The notes under the pieces were generated by a model, which did not search any database, was not told the origin of the DNA, and was given only the letters and a program-made list of their open reading frames with translations. A program made the translations under genes and the position numbers. From Eledone cirrhosa (lineage: Eukaryota), in contig CAXHJY010000868.1 of assembly GCA_964016885.1 (NCBI GenBank), positions 55,227 through 119,226 of the forward strand: a DNA stretch of 64,000 nucleotides, given 5' to 3'. Positions 12,945-25,710 of the stretch are shown here, piece after piece (the first letter of the stretch is position 1; every line of letters begins with the position of its first letter).

Positions 12945-14090
12945 TGGTGGTTTGGCAGAATCAGTTAAACCATGGAAAAAATGTTTTGCAGTATTTCTTC
13001 TGGTTCTTTATGTTTTGAGTTCAAATCCTACCTAGGTCAAATTTGTCTTTCATCATTCCATGGTCAATAAAACAAAGTACCAGTCAAGTACTGGGGTTTA
13101 TTTAATCGACTTCACCCTCCCACTAAAATTATTGGCCGAATGCCTAAATTAGCAGTCCTTATCTCTCCAGTTAGGGTGGTGGATTGGCAGGATTGGTTGC
13201 GCATCAGATGAAATGCATTGCAGTATTTCATTACAGCTGTCTGCATTCTGGTTTCAAATTTCATTGAGGTCAACTTTGCCTTTCATCTTTCCAGGGCTGA
13301 TAAAATAAAGTACCAGTAATGTACTGAGATCAATGTAATTGACATTTCCCTCTCCATGAATTGTTGATCTTGTTCCTAAATTAGAAATTATTATTATCTT
13401 GGCAGTATCGGTAGAGGGTTGGACACCATGCTTTCTAGCATAGTTACGTCCCTTTACAGTCTGAGTTCAAATCCCGCCGAGGTTGACTTTGCCTTTCATC
13501 CTTACGGGGTCGATGAAATAAAGTACCAGTAATGTACTGGGTAATTGCTGGCCTTGTGCCTAAAGTAGAAACAATTATTATCTTTCCAGTTTTTTGCTGT
13601 ATGTGTATCCATAATAATTGTTTTTACTTTTGGCACAAGGCCAGCAATTACCCCAGTGCATTACTGGTACTTTATTTTATCCATAATAATTGTTTCTACT
13701 TTTGGCACAAGGCCAGCAATTACCCCAGTGCATTACTGGTACTTTATTTTATCCATAATAATTGTTTCTACTTTTGGCACAAGGCCAGCAATTACCCCAG
13801 TGCATTACTGGTACTTTATTTTATCCATAATAATTGTTTCTACTTTTGGCACAAGGCCAGCAATTACCCCAGTGCATTACTGGTACTTTAATTTATCCAT
13901 AATAATTGTTTCTACTTTTGGCACAAGGCCAGCAATTACCCCAGTGCATTACTGGTACTTTATTTTATCGACCCCGTAAGGATGAAAGGCAAAGTAAACC
14001 TTGGCGTTATTTGAACTCGGAATGTAAAGGGCCGTAACTCTATGCTCCAAAGCATGGTGTCTGACCCTCTACCGATACTGCTACCCTTCC
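12945..14090. mobile_element. SINE cluster: three + copies, then a - copy whose 3' part is tandemly amplified
   Basis: Repeated A/B boxes (tggcagtatcgg, gagttcaaatcc) and core motif; orientation switches near 13600. Confidence 0.8.
13609..13968. repeat. 72-bp SINE-derived minisatellite, 5 copies
   Basis: Unit ccataataattgtttctacttttggcacaaggccagcaattaccccagtgcattactggtactttattttat. Confidence 0.92.
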
Positions 14091-15393
14091 ATAATAATAA
14101 ACTTTCAATATATGCTGTATATAAAAATTACAAGATGATACAGCTTCATTGCTGTAATCAGCAGGATTCACTGACATTTTATAGTTTTATTTATAGAAAG
14201 AAGGACATCACCAAGGCCTTTGGAACTGTAGAAGGAAACCTCAGACTGGAGACCTCGTCTGAATTCTTTCAACAGAGTGGACTCCACTAAAGACACCTAA
14301 GGAACAGGCAGGGGTTCAAAGCCAAGTGGTGGATAAAGTCTACCACCTAGCAGCATGTGGAATCCAATTGATGGACTTCTGCATTGTTTGTCTATACAAT
14401 TTTAATCACAAGGCTTGGGTTGACCTGAGGTTATGGTTGAAGACACTTTCTCAAGGCGCCATGGAACCATTGAATTTTGTAATTACAAAGTTTGCAAAAC
14501 TGAATTCAACACTTACCATTGACATAAATTAGAGATAAATTGATGGACTTTATCAAACTAACTTGTAATAGATATACTTAGATAATAAAACTAATATTCA
14601 GTAGTTATAGTATTCACTATGGCTAAACATTCCGATCTCTGGAGATTGTTCAAAATGACCATACATACTTCACATCAAGAATGTTGTGTTACAAAGGCTA
14701 GGTTCTATCTCTTCTCCTCCTCCTCCTCCTCCCAGTTATTCCTGAAAGGGTCATCTTCTGTCAAGTTAAGTAACACCATATCGTCTGCAAATTCCAGCTG
14801 ACTGATTTCACACACGCCAGTCATGACACCACTTCCAACCCAGCTGTGCATGTCAATCCTGTTTCTGTAAATAATGAACACGAGAGGTTTTCTCTTCAGA
14901 ACTTAAAAATACTATAAATCTTTAAGTGTTCTTAACCCTATATGTATATAAACACACTCTCTACACTACCTATACAACTATTGCATATTTTTCTCAAACA
15001 TAGAGGATAATACCAACTATATGATAGATATACTTTCATTCAATAATAGTATACCAATCACTGCTTCACTATTCAATTTCTCTCCGCTACTGCCCTTCTC
15101 TTTCTTCTACCCCCGCTCTCTCACCACTTTATTTCACCCACTAGGTTTCATATTAACACTTTTCCAATGCCTTCTTCTCTAAAACTATATATCTTTATCT
15201 CTTAATGTTCAGAACCAGTTTCATATACCAGTCTTAACATTTCACTTCACTTATACCATTAATGTTCTTTCCTATTATTATCAGCACTTCAACTTATGTA
15301 AGAAATCAATATTGTAACCATATTTTGCAATTCTATATGAATGGTTTTACACCAAACTTATAAGTTAATCATTGAGTTATGTTATATTTCCAG

Positions 15394-15551
15394 AATAATT
15401 TGATTGAAAATGCTCTCTGCCATCATTATACTGTGAATAACTTAAAAGGAATTGGTCTTGGTACTATCCAGTATATAGTTGATTTAGCCAGTAAAAAACC
15501 ACATCCAGAACCACATGTCTTTTATGAAGCTGCACTCTGTTCACAAGAAAG
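15394..15551 (+). CDS. NOV-like gene, exon H (not in the ORF track)
   Basis: ttccag|AAT...GAAAG|gtaaaa; NNLIENALCHHYTVNNLKGIGLGTIQYIV; phase 0-2. Confidence 0.8.
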
Positions 15552-15903
15552 GTAAAAGTTCTACTGTTCTTCTTATAATCACTTGTCTAAATTCTCAGAG
15601 ATGTTGAACTTGAAGTCACTACCTTTTTTCTTTAACTCTAGTTAACTAAAACATATGTATATAGTTAAATTATTTCAAAATCAATATAGTCCACTTTTAA
15701 ACTATAAAAACTCACTAATTGCTAATGCAGATCAATAATAATTTTCTCATATTCTACTGTTTTCATCATTTATAAAGTGTTCTTGCTCCACAAATTTAAC
15801 AATAACTATCATTTATTATATGCCATAAGCTTTTCAACCACATACTAACTATTTTTGTCATATAAAGTAAAGATGCCTGTTGACTTGTGGCATTTTACTC
15901 AAC

Positions 15904-18900
15904 AAGGGTGGGCTGAAAGGTTCATAGGCTGAGTATGAAGGAGTGATGTTAGAGCTGTGAAATTTTGCATGCATTAATTTCAACTTTTCTTATTTATAAC
16001 CACAGTGTTTGTTTCCAAGTAAACTAACATCTGACTATTCAAAGAAGACTTCAAAAGTAGCTAGTAGCGACTTCTCTTGAAAATGGACCAAATTTGGCAT
16101 CGTGGTGTTATCAAGTACCTACAGAAAAAGGGTTTAGTCCCAAGTACATTCATGCTGACTTGGTTGCTACATTAAGGAATGAAACTTCAGCTTTATCAAC
16201 AGTGCAAAAGTGGGCAACTGAATTTAGGAGGAAGGGAGAGTCTTGAAAATGACCCAATGTCTTGATGTCCTGCAACTGCCACCACAGAGGAAAACATTGA
16301 TCGTGTTCACCACATGGTGATGGATGACAAGCAATTGACTATAAATCAAATAACCAATACTATTAGCATATCCTGTGGGAGAGTTGAGAATCTTCTGCAC
16401 AATGAACTTGGCATGATGAAGATTTCAGTTCGGTGGGTGCCATGTCTTCTGACACCTGATCAAAAGCGCACCAAGCTGCTCCAAAGAAGGCCAAGATCGT
16501 TTCCTCTACAAGAAGATGATGGCCTCATTTTTTTTAAGATGCAAAGGGCATTGTGTTTGTTGACTATCTTCAAAAGAGCCACACCCTCAATGGAGAGTAC
16601 TTTACCAACTTGCTGAGGCAGTTATGAAAGGCTATCAAGCCAAAACACCCAGGAAAATTGACGAAAGGGGTTTTGTTTCACCAAGACACTGCTCCAGTGC
16701 ACAAGTCCTTGTTTTCAATGACCGTGGCATTGAACTGGTTGATCATCTTCACTATTCTCTGGATTTGGCCCTATCTGATTATCATCTGTTCCCCTCTTCT
16801 TCTTCTTTGCCCACTTATTTCTGAGAGGGTCGTGGTTGCAGAGTCCTCGAACACTCCTTCCAGTGGGTCCTGTCAGAAGCAACCATCTCCAATGATCCGG
16901 CTGGTCTCCAAGCAAGACCAGCCAAGCTCATGGATGAATCCAGCCATCTTGGTCGGGGTCTACTCCTGGGTCTCTTGCCGCTTGGTTTTTCCCATAAAAT
17001 CTGTCCACCGATTCTTTCCTCAGACACTCTAACCACATGCCCATAGTATCAGAACTGTGATCTCTCAATTCGGAGAAGTAGCGGCTCTACCTGGAGTGGG
17101 GCTATGCATTTTATCAAGTAACGATACTCCATAGACCCTTTAGAGGAATTCTATTTCAGCCACTTGTATTCGCGATCATATTCTTTTGGTCATTGCCCAA
17201 GATTCATGACCATAGGTAAGGGTTGTCACGTAAATTAAATTGAAGATAGCAAGTTTGGCTTTTACGCCTACCTCACTTCTTCTGGATACTGAATGTTGAA
17301 GCTGGTGCATTACTGCACCAGCTTTTGCGATTCTTGCACTTAATTCATCCTTCTGCCTTCCATCACTCATGAACATAGCCCCGAGATACTTTATCTTCTC
17401 TACCTGTATCAATGGAACTCTATTCACATGTAGAGTGCACTGCGCAGGCTCCCTTGAGAGGACAAGGATCTCAGTTTACGCAAAACTGATTTTCATTCCA
17501 GCCAACCTATTAAGTTGAAGATCACCTTCTATTGAGTTAAGTAACACCATGTCATCTGCAAATTCCAGTTGAGTGATTTTACACCTGCTAGTCATGATAC
17601 CACTTCCAACTCGGCTGCACATATCAATCTTGTTCGTGTTAATAATGATCAGGAGAGGTGACACTACACACACCTCGGCAGAGCTATTTTTGCTGGAGAA
17701 TGCGTTGCAGGTGGCGGATAGCAATATGGCCACCATATATGAAGGTTAGTTACGATATAAGCAGGCAACTGCCAGACAAATAAGCAACCCTAGTGGTAAA
17801 CTCCTAGGGAAGATGGAGCAATGGACGACACCTGCAGCTCCCAGGGAAACACTTCTCACGACCCAGTTATGTAGCTACGATGAGGCAAGTAAAGGCCACC
17901 TCTAAATAATCCTAGTCTTGGCAAGTTTGACAAAGTACCAGATTGGTGACTGGCAAAAATAAGGCCACTGAAACTGAAACTGCAACATTATAAGGAAACC
18001 AAAAACAAATCCTACCACATATTCCTTCGCATGGGATAACAAGGGACGTGTTCAGGCCATAGGTAGAGTGGCTTGTTTGAAAAATATATTGCAGTCTCCA
18101 TTTCATGCCGCAAAAACTGGTGATGGACCGTTGACCTGTCCTGGGAGGCGTGGGATGGACGCACAAAGGTTGCATATCCTGAGACCCCAAAGAGAGTCTG
18201 GAAAGGAGCAAACCATAAAAAAATGGAACCTGGAACATCACAACTCTTACAAACAAGAAGCAGGAACTAGTGGAGGAGGCTAGATGCTACCAGCTAGATA
18301 TAGTTGGGGTTTCTTCAACAAAGTTTTGTGGCTCTGATACTGTTGATTTGGATGGCGGATGGAAATTCCACTATTTAGGTGTGGTGCCAGAAATGACTGT
18401 GCAGGTGGCAGTGGGGATACCCCCCCCCCCCCCACCCCGGCTGTCAGAATGTGTTATCGACTGGATTGCATTAGGAGGGAGAATTTGCCTCTTGAACCTT
18501 ATGCTGAAAGATAGGTCTCTGTGGGTGGTGCAAATTTATGCACCAAACAAGAAGTCTGAATACAGGCCTTTCCTTGATGAAGTCACTGCAGTGTTAGATG
18601 TAGTTGAGACTGAGTCATATATCCTGGCACTGACGACCTAACATGGAAAGGAGTGATTGGAAAGAATGGTGACCCCAATCTAAATACAAATGGAGAGGTC
18701 TTACTAGACTTCTGTTCTAGCAATGTACTCTCTAATATAAACACCTTCTTCCAGCACAGAGACATCCATAAATATATATGGTATAAGGGCAATCAGGGAC
18801 AGAGATCAATAATTGATTTTGTTATCATCGCTGAACTCTTTGATTCTATGCTGGATGTCCATGTTAAGAAAGGGGCTGAGCTATCAACTGATCTCCATCT

Positions 18901-20264
18901 GGTTATCTGCAACTTGAGACTACCTAAAGTCAAAGAAGTCCACAAAACTGACAAGTCCAAGGTGACCAACAGGATAAAGTGGGAAGCATTGGTGGATAAG
19001 GAAGTCAGGACCAGGTATGCAGATACTATTGCATTCAAATTCAGAGAACTTCCTGAGCAACCTGAGGACATTGAGACAGAGTGGAGATTGTTCAGCCCAA
19101 CAGTTTCTGCTTGAGCTGTTAAATGCTGCGGGTGAAAGAAGCTTGGTGTGACATCGGATGGCAGGAAGATTCTTTGGTTCAATCAAGAAGTCAAAGATGC
19201 CACCCAAGAAAAGAAGGCTTACAAAGCTTGGCTTGGAAATATGTCCTCCTTCTTGCACTTGCAGTACAAACAGACATGAAAAATCGCATTAGAAGCAGTA
19301 AAAGTTAAGACATGAGAGGACTTTGGGTTAAGTTGGAATCTGACTTGAGATCAGCAAATAAAGTGTTCTAGCAGACCATCCGCCAACTTCACAATAAGAA
19401 GTCCTCCTCCACACCTACTATCAAGAACACGTCTGAGGTTATCCTCTCTTCACAGAGGTGCATCCTCGCGAGGTGGAGAGAATACTTTGCTGATTTCCTA
19501 AACCTGATCACAACAGCATCTTTGGATGTACACGAGGAGCATCTGGGAACATGACTAATCTCTCAGAGGCTGACGTCGCAAGAGCAGTTAAAGAGCTTAA
19601 ATGTGGCAAAGCTGCTGGGGAAGATGAAATCTGGCTCGAGATGTTAAAAGCCTTAAATAAAGAAGGTATTCTCTGGCTGACTCCTTTGTGCTGGGTGGCC
19701 TTTATCTCTTAAAAGGCACCTAAGCAATAGCAATCAGGAGTGATAATCCCAATTTTCAAAAGGGGAGACAAGAGAGATTGTTCCAATTACAGAGGGATCT
19801 CTTTGTTAAGCCTCCCTGGTAAAGTCTATGCTAAGTGTCTTGCAAAGAGATTGTTGATTTGAAGCTAGCTGATGAACAGTGTAGTTTTCACCCCAGATGC
19901 AGCACATTCAAACAAATATTCACACTATGGCAGGTATTCGACAAATCATGGAAGTATTGAAAAGGCATATGACTGTGTTCCGCAGGGCCTGCTGTGGAAG
20001 GCTGTGACAGAGTTTTGATAGTCAGCTTCTTGCTGCCCAAGTATTTGTGTTCAGATAAATGGTGATGACATCATATCTACTGTTTTGATGACTTTTTTGA
20101 CCAACAGGATAAAAGCTTCTTCACCAATAAGATCCAAGCACTGCGACACCAATGGAAGAGATGTGTGGACCACAAGGGGGACTGACTATATTGAAAAATG
20201 AACCTCATTTGGTCACATTCCATGAGAGTATTTTGGTCAGTCTATGAACCTTTCAGCCAACCCA
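15904..20264 (+). mobile_element. Degraded mariner transposon interrupted by a LINE
   Basis: TIRs gggtgggctgaaaggttcataggctga / tcagtctatgaacctttcagccaaccc; WVPCLL (WVPHEL-like) and YSLDLALSDYHLF (YSPDLAPSD-like) motifs; transposase C-terminus resumes at ~20063. Confidence 0.88.
16795..20064. mobile_element. RTE-clade LINE with inverted 5' part (3' segment on -, 16795-17668; 5'UTR/APE/RT segment on +, 17675-20064)
   Basis: (TTC)n tail at 16795; LEFADD on -; APE motifs QIYAPN, IIDFVI, STDLHLV on +. Confidence 0.85.
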
Positions 20265-20680
20265 TGTATTTCTGGCTATGGCGCTTAATTTTACATGCCT
20301 TATTTCACTTAGCTGTTAATTTGTGTCCTTTTTCACAGCACTAGGTTCTATAGTTACCTAAACAGACAACTCTTCTTAACCCTACCCATGGAATTAAGGA
20401 TTGTTGCATTAACCTAAGAGTAGATTTTAAGAGTAATGGCTTAGTGGTTAGTGTGCTCAGCTTACAATAAGACCAGGTGGCATATTTTGATCTTGAGCAA
20501 GACATTTTATTTCATATTGCTCCTATCCACTCAGCTGGCAAATATGAGATATATCTGTAATTCAAGGACCAGCCTTGTTACTTTGTATCATGCTGAACTT
20601 CCTTAAGAAACACCTGTAATACTGTCCTGTTTCAATAATGTTAATCACACACACTTTAATAAAAAGTTTTGCCTGAATAT

Positions 20681-20897
20681 AAATGTCACCATTTTACATA
20701 TGTTACCATTGACTAAGAATAAATGTCACCATTTTACATATGTTATTATTGACTAAAAATAAATGTCACCATTTTACGTATGTTATGATTGACTAAGAAT
20801 AAATGTCACCATTTTACATATATTACTATTGACTAAGAATAAATGTCCTACTTCACATATGTTACCATTGACTAAGAATGACTGTCACTACTTCATA
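20681..20897. repeat. 40-bp minisatellite, ~5.5 copies, abutting the exon I acceptor
   Basis: Unit gaataaatgtcaccattttacatatgttaccattgactaa. Confidence 0.88.
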
Positions 20898-20907
20898 TGG
20901 TTTTCAG

Positions 20908-21107
20908 ATCAATGAATATCACCCTTGCCAAGGTTGGAATATTAGGGCATCAGAGTCAAGAAACTGCTCTTGCAACATTACATAATTGTCCATTACTTGA
21001 AGACATATCTGCTTGGTCTCATTGGCCTTTGGTATTTGAACCACAATTTGGAAAGCTGCTTGACTTTGTACACAAATATGGTGGAGAGAAATACATAGAA
21101 CTTGATG
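20908..21107 (+). CDS. NOV-like gene, exon I
   Basis: tttcag|A...GATG|gtatgt; CPLLEDISAWSHWPLVFEPQFG is a NOV-conserved block (P.L.DL..WSHW...F.P..G); phase 2-1. Confidence 0.9.
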
Positions 21108-21287
21108 GTATGTTTTGATTTTTCTTGTTCATTATTCATTTCAGTTAATACAGAAATGGTTTTAAAGACTGCTTGATATTGTTGTATGTTTAGGTTAGTT
21201 TGGTAATGTGTATAAGTGATGGTAATATTGATCAAATCCGATCTACATTTGTTAATTTTTCAAACATTACTATTTGTGTGTTATCTA

Positions 21288-21756
21288 TTACATAAATTAG
21301 TTAAATCTTGTTGATATACATCTTATACCTGTGATTGATATTTTGTATTGCTGTAGACAGGTAAAATATCTTACTAAAGGTGATATTACATAAATTAGTT
21401 AAATCTTGTTGATATACATCTTATACCTCTAGACAGGTAAAATATCTTACTAAAGGTGATATTACATAAATTAGTTAAATCTTGTTGATATACATCTTAT
21501 ACCTGTGATTGATATTTTGTATTGCTGTAGACAGGTAAAATATCTTACTAAAGGTGATATTTCATAAATTAGTTAAATCTTGTTGATATACATCTTATAC
21601 CTGTGATTGATTTTTGTATTGCTGTAGACAGGTAAAATATCTTACTAAAGGTGATATTTCATAAATTAGTTAAATCTTGTTGATATACATCTTATACCTG
21701 TGATTGATATTTTGTATTGCTGTAAACAGGTAAAATATCTTACTAAAGGTGATATT
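21288..21756. repeat. ~95-bp minisatellite, 5 copies (one shortened)
   Basis: Repeated cataaattagttaaatcttgttgatatacatcttatacc...aaggtgatatt. Confidence 0.9.
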
Positions 21757-22152
21757 AAGATTACTCTTACAATATTAGTGAAATTTAGAGATTGCTTACT
21801 TGGTGAAATAGAAATAAATTTGACACTAAATGTGGAGATATTTAAGAGATCTTCTTTTACTTAAGATCCTGAGTAAATTTGTCGAACAGGTGAGATATTA
21901 TACATTTTGGGTGTGCAACTTGGGCTCAAAGTTCAGGTACCCTCATGTTTATCAATGATATCAGTTTGTTAGGAAGTTTATATATATATATATATACACA
22001 CACATATATCATCATCATCATCATCATCAACGTTTAACGTCTATCTTCCATGCTAGCATGGGTTTAGATATATACACACACACATACATATATATCATCA
22101 TCATTTTACGTCCGCTTTTCTTTGCTTATATATATCATTATTTGTTACAGAT

Positions 22153-22372
22153 AGGGCAGTGGATTGGCAGTATCGGTAGAGGGTCGGATGCCATGCTTTG
22201 CAGCATAGAGTTACGGCCCTTTATGATCTGAGTTAAAATCCTGCTGAGGTTAACTTTGCCTTTCATCCTTACGGGGTCGATAAAATAAAGTACCAGTCAC
22301 GCACTGGGGTTGATTTAATCGACTTTCCCCTCCCCAAAAATTGCTGGCCTTGTGCCTATATAAGAAACTATT
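22153..22372 (+). mobile_element. tRNA-derived SINE ending just before the exon J acceptor
   Basis: A-box, B-box-like motif and core of the same family. Confidence 0.8.
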
Positions 22373-22383
22373 ATTTGTTACAG

Positions 22384-22638
22384 GTGGTAGAAAGTCAGTA
22401 CGTACTGATTTTATGGTCCTTGAGACTGAACCAGGAAAATATTTAAAAGTTGTCAGTGAAACTTCAGTAGATAAGTTCTCCTCTGCATGTTCTAGGATTG
22501 ATGTGGTCAACATTTGTGGTCATCTTGTTTCCCTCATTGTCCACAATAAAGGTCTGGCTATGACACCATTTGCCTACCTCTCCAATATCATACTGACACT
22601 TCTCTTCACATTAAATAATGACACTAACAACAAACAAG
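22384..22638 (+). CDS. NOV-like gene, exon J
   Basis: ttacag|GT...CAAG|gtaagt; phase 1-1. Confidence 0.85.
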
Positions 22639-23244
22639 GTAAGTTGTTTTCAAATATTTTCTTTTATTGCTGCAATGTAAGATAAGAATGGATGATTTTC
22701 TTCTCCTTATCTATAATAGCCATCATGTCATCATGTTCATATCACTGGTACAGCTCAACAATGAACCTCCCTGGGAGGAAAAATAAATTATTAAAACTAG
22801 GAGACCATTTATACATGCTTGATGAGTTGGAAATATGTGTACTATAGTAACAGATAAGAAGGCAAAGGAGGTTTTCATCGTGAAAACCCTAAAAATGAAG
22901 GACTATTTAAAGAGAATCAGATTGAAAGAGTAGATGAGATACAACTGGCAAGTACCATAGAGCTGTGTAGCAAAGGAAGAGAGAGAACATAGAAAAGTGA
23001 AGGGTTGGAACTGGAAGACTTTTATAAAGGTTTGTTTATGGACCTATCAGACGGTTTTCATGTAAATGTGGGCTATGGTAGTAGTAATGCAAAGATGTGA
23101 ATGATCTCAGATATAAAGTGTTGGTGTGTATAATCTATTCATAGATATTTGTGTCTATATTTAAATATATATATTTTGGCTCTTGTATATTTTTTTTCCA
23201 CAAGAATAACCTTTCTGATCATTGTTATCTTTTGATATTTCTAG

Positions 23245-23336
23245 ATAATGAAAAATATATTGGCAACCCTGCTAAGTTTGTATTGGACTGTTTAGTACGT
23301 TTACCCATTAAAATTTGTGTGTCTGTTGCAAATAAG
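23245..23336 (+). CDS. NOV-like gene, exon K
   Basis: ttctag|AT...AAG|gtgaga; AKFVLDCLVRLP is a NOV-like block; phase 1-0. Confidence 0.85.
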
Positions 23337-23419
23337 GTGAGACTCTTTTATATATTGATACTTATATATATATATACATCAGTTGGCTATATAATCAATT
23401 GTTGTTGTGTTTAAGAAAC

Positions 23420-23815
23420 TAATGGTTTCTGACCCAGGCACAAGGCCAACAATATTTGGGGAAGGGGAAAGTAGATTAAATTTACCCCAGTACATTACTG
23501 GTGCTTTATTTTATTGACCCTGTAGGGATGAAAGGTGAAGCTAACCTCAGCAGAGTCTCAACTCACAATGTAAAGCATATTGTCCAACGCTCTACCGATA
23601 CTGCCAATCGACTGTCCTTTAAGAAAATAATTGTTTCTATTTTAGGCACAAGGCCAGCAATTACCCAGTACATTACTGGTACTTTATTTTATCGACCCCG
23701 TAAGGATGAAAGGCAAAGTTACCCTCGGCGAGATTTGAACTCCGATCATAAAGGGACGTAACTCTATGCTTCAAAGCATGGTGTCCGACTCTCTACCGAT
23801 ACTGCCAATCCACCA
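23420..23815 (-). mobile_element. Two tandem SINE copies
   Basis: Reverse complement of the family consensus, twice. Confidence 0.78.
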
Positions 23816-23874
23816 AGAAAATAATAACTGTGAATTTAGGCTGGTTTCGTAACTCAACTATAACATTTTTATTT

Positions 23875-24504
23875 ATTGAAGTGGTGGATAGCTTCCGGTA
23901 CCTAGGAGATCAGATTAGCATGGGAGGAGGGTGTTCCGAGGCCATAGTATCTAGAATAAGGACGGGTTGGAAGAAGTTTAGGGAGCTGCTTCCTCTGTTG
24001 ACGAAGAAGGGTTTCTCCCTGCGTACGAAAGGCCGGTTGTATGATGCCTGTGTGAGGAGCGCGATGCTGCATGGTAGTGAGACATGGGCAGCAACTGCAG
24101 AGGATATGCGACGGCTGGAGAGAAATGAGGCAAGCATGCTCCTTTGGATGTGCAGTGTAAATGTGCGTGAACGACCCAGCATAAATGTGTTGAGAGAGAA
24201 ACTGTGTCTGAGAGGGATAGAATGTAGTGTACGGGAGAGGAGACTGAGGTGGTATGGACATGTGATGCGCATGGAGGATGACCGATGGGTGAAGAAGTGC
24301 CAGGAAATGCCAATTGAAGGAAGACGTGGTAGAGGTAGACCACGAAAAACATGGGCGGAGGTGGTGAGAACAGATCTCAGATCATTGAAGCTCACGGTGG
24401 AGATGACGAAGGACCATGACGAGTGGAGAGATGCTGAATAAGACCCGTCCCAACCTTGCAAGCAGGGAAAAGCGGACGTAAAATGATGATGATGATGATG
24501 ATGA
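23875..24504 (+). mobile_element. 5'-truncated RTE LINE (RT C-terminus plus (GAT)n tail)
   Basis: EVVDSFRYLG..GSETW..RRLRWYGHV..GRPRKTW, then gatgatgat. Confidence 0.9.
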
Positions 24505-25119
24505 AGTGGTATTTGGAAATAATGGTTGTTGTCTGAAAACTTAGCAGCATGAAGAAATAGACTGGAAAAGATTAGGATTTTTAAAATCTGTTCCACCAGG
24601 ACAAATAGGGAAACAACATTTATGTAAAGGGGCTCATCTGTGAACCAAATAAATATCACCAGATTAATTAACAACTTGCTTTAAGTTGTATTGAGGAGTT
24701 ATGCTCATGGTCAGATATATCCTTCATAAAGGTGTATTGTTGTTTACTGTTAAAGGGTAAATATGATGGATGTTGGTTATTATATAACCTAAAGAGTCCA
24801 GTTTGGCTGAGAACATTACCTTTGGTTGGAATTTCAGTTTATACGAATTATGAATAGTGTTTGTGTTCTGAAGAGTGTCTAGCTGTGGAACTGTGGTTTC
24901 AAACTCTAATAATAGTGTTTACATTCTGAAGGGTGTCTAGCTGTGGAACAGGGGTTTAAAATTCTAATAATTCCACAATTGTGACTATGTAATAGTAATT
25001 CTGTTCTGTGGTTGTGAACTTGTTATTGAATAATAATGAAAAATACTAACTTAGATATATTCTATTTTGAGAAGTAATGAATTTGTAATAATACTTCTAT
25101 TTTATTTCTGTTTTGAAAG

Positions 25120-25350
25120 ATGTTCCTGGAGCCATTTGGGAAAGTTCTTGGCTTAACAGAATCTAAACTTGTTCTGTGGCAGAACTGTCAAAATACACAG
25201 GAGACCAACCGTCTTGAAACTTTGGGATGTTTTCTTGGCATTGCTGAGTGGACAGGTGATTTAAATAAAATGAAAGGTTCTTTCGTGACATCTGAAATTG
25301 AAACTATAGCTGTAATGGAAGATGATCAGCAATCAGACAAAGAATCTGAG
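25120..25350 (+). CDS. NOV-like gene, exon L
   Basis: gaaag|ATG...GAG|gtaggt; RLETLGCFLGIAEW is a NOV-like block; phase 0-0. Confidence 0.85.
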
Positions 25351-25710
25351 GTAGGTATTATGGTCTAGTGGAACTATGTCATACTTCGCAATATCAACAT
25401 TTTCATATACAATAAGGTTAAACAGACCAATGATAAGTCGCGTATGGATACATTGTCACTCTCTCATGAAAACCACCGCGCACAAGAAGACAAGGAGATG
25501 AAGTGGACTACGAAAGTGTGAAGACTTATTACAAATTGACTCCTACTATATTCTTTCCATAATCCTGTTAGAAGGAATAGAACAGTCGTTGACAAACCAT
25601 GTTCTCTTTTGTGTCAAATGTTCTGCTACTGTTTATCTACTGCTGATCTACTATTGAGATATTTTACTGCATGTACAGAAATCAACTTTCAACAATAAGA
25701 ATTATATTTA

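Noticed and set aside
13399-13480. tRNA-like A and B boxes
   Set aside because: They are SINE heads; no complete cloverleaf, and they are followed by the SINE core.
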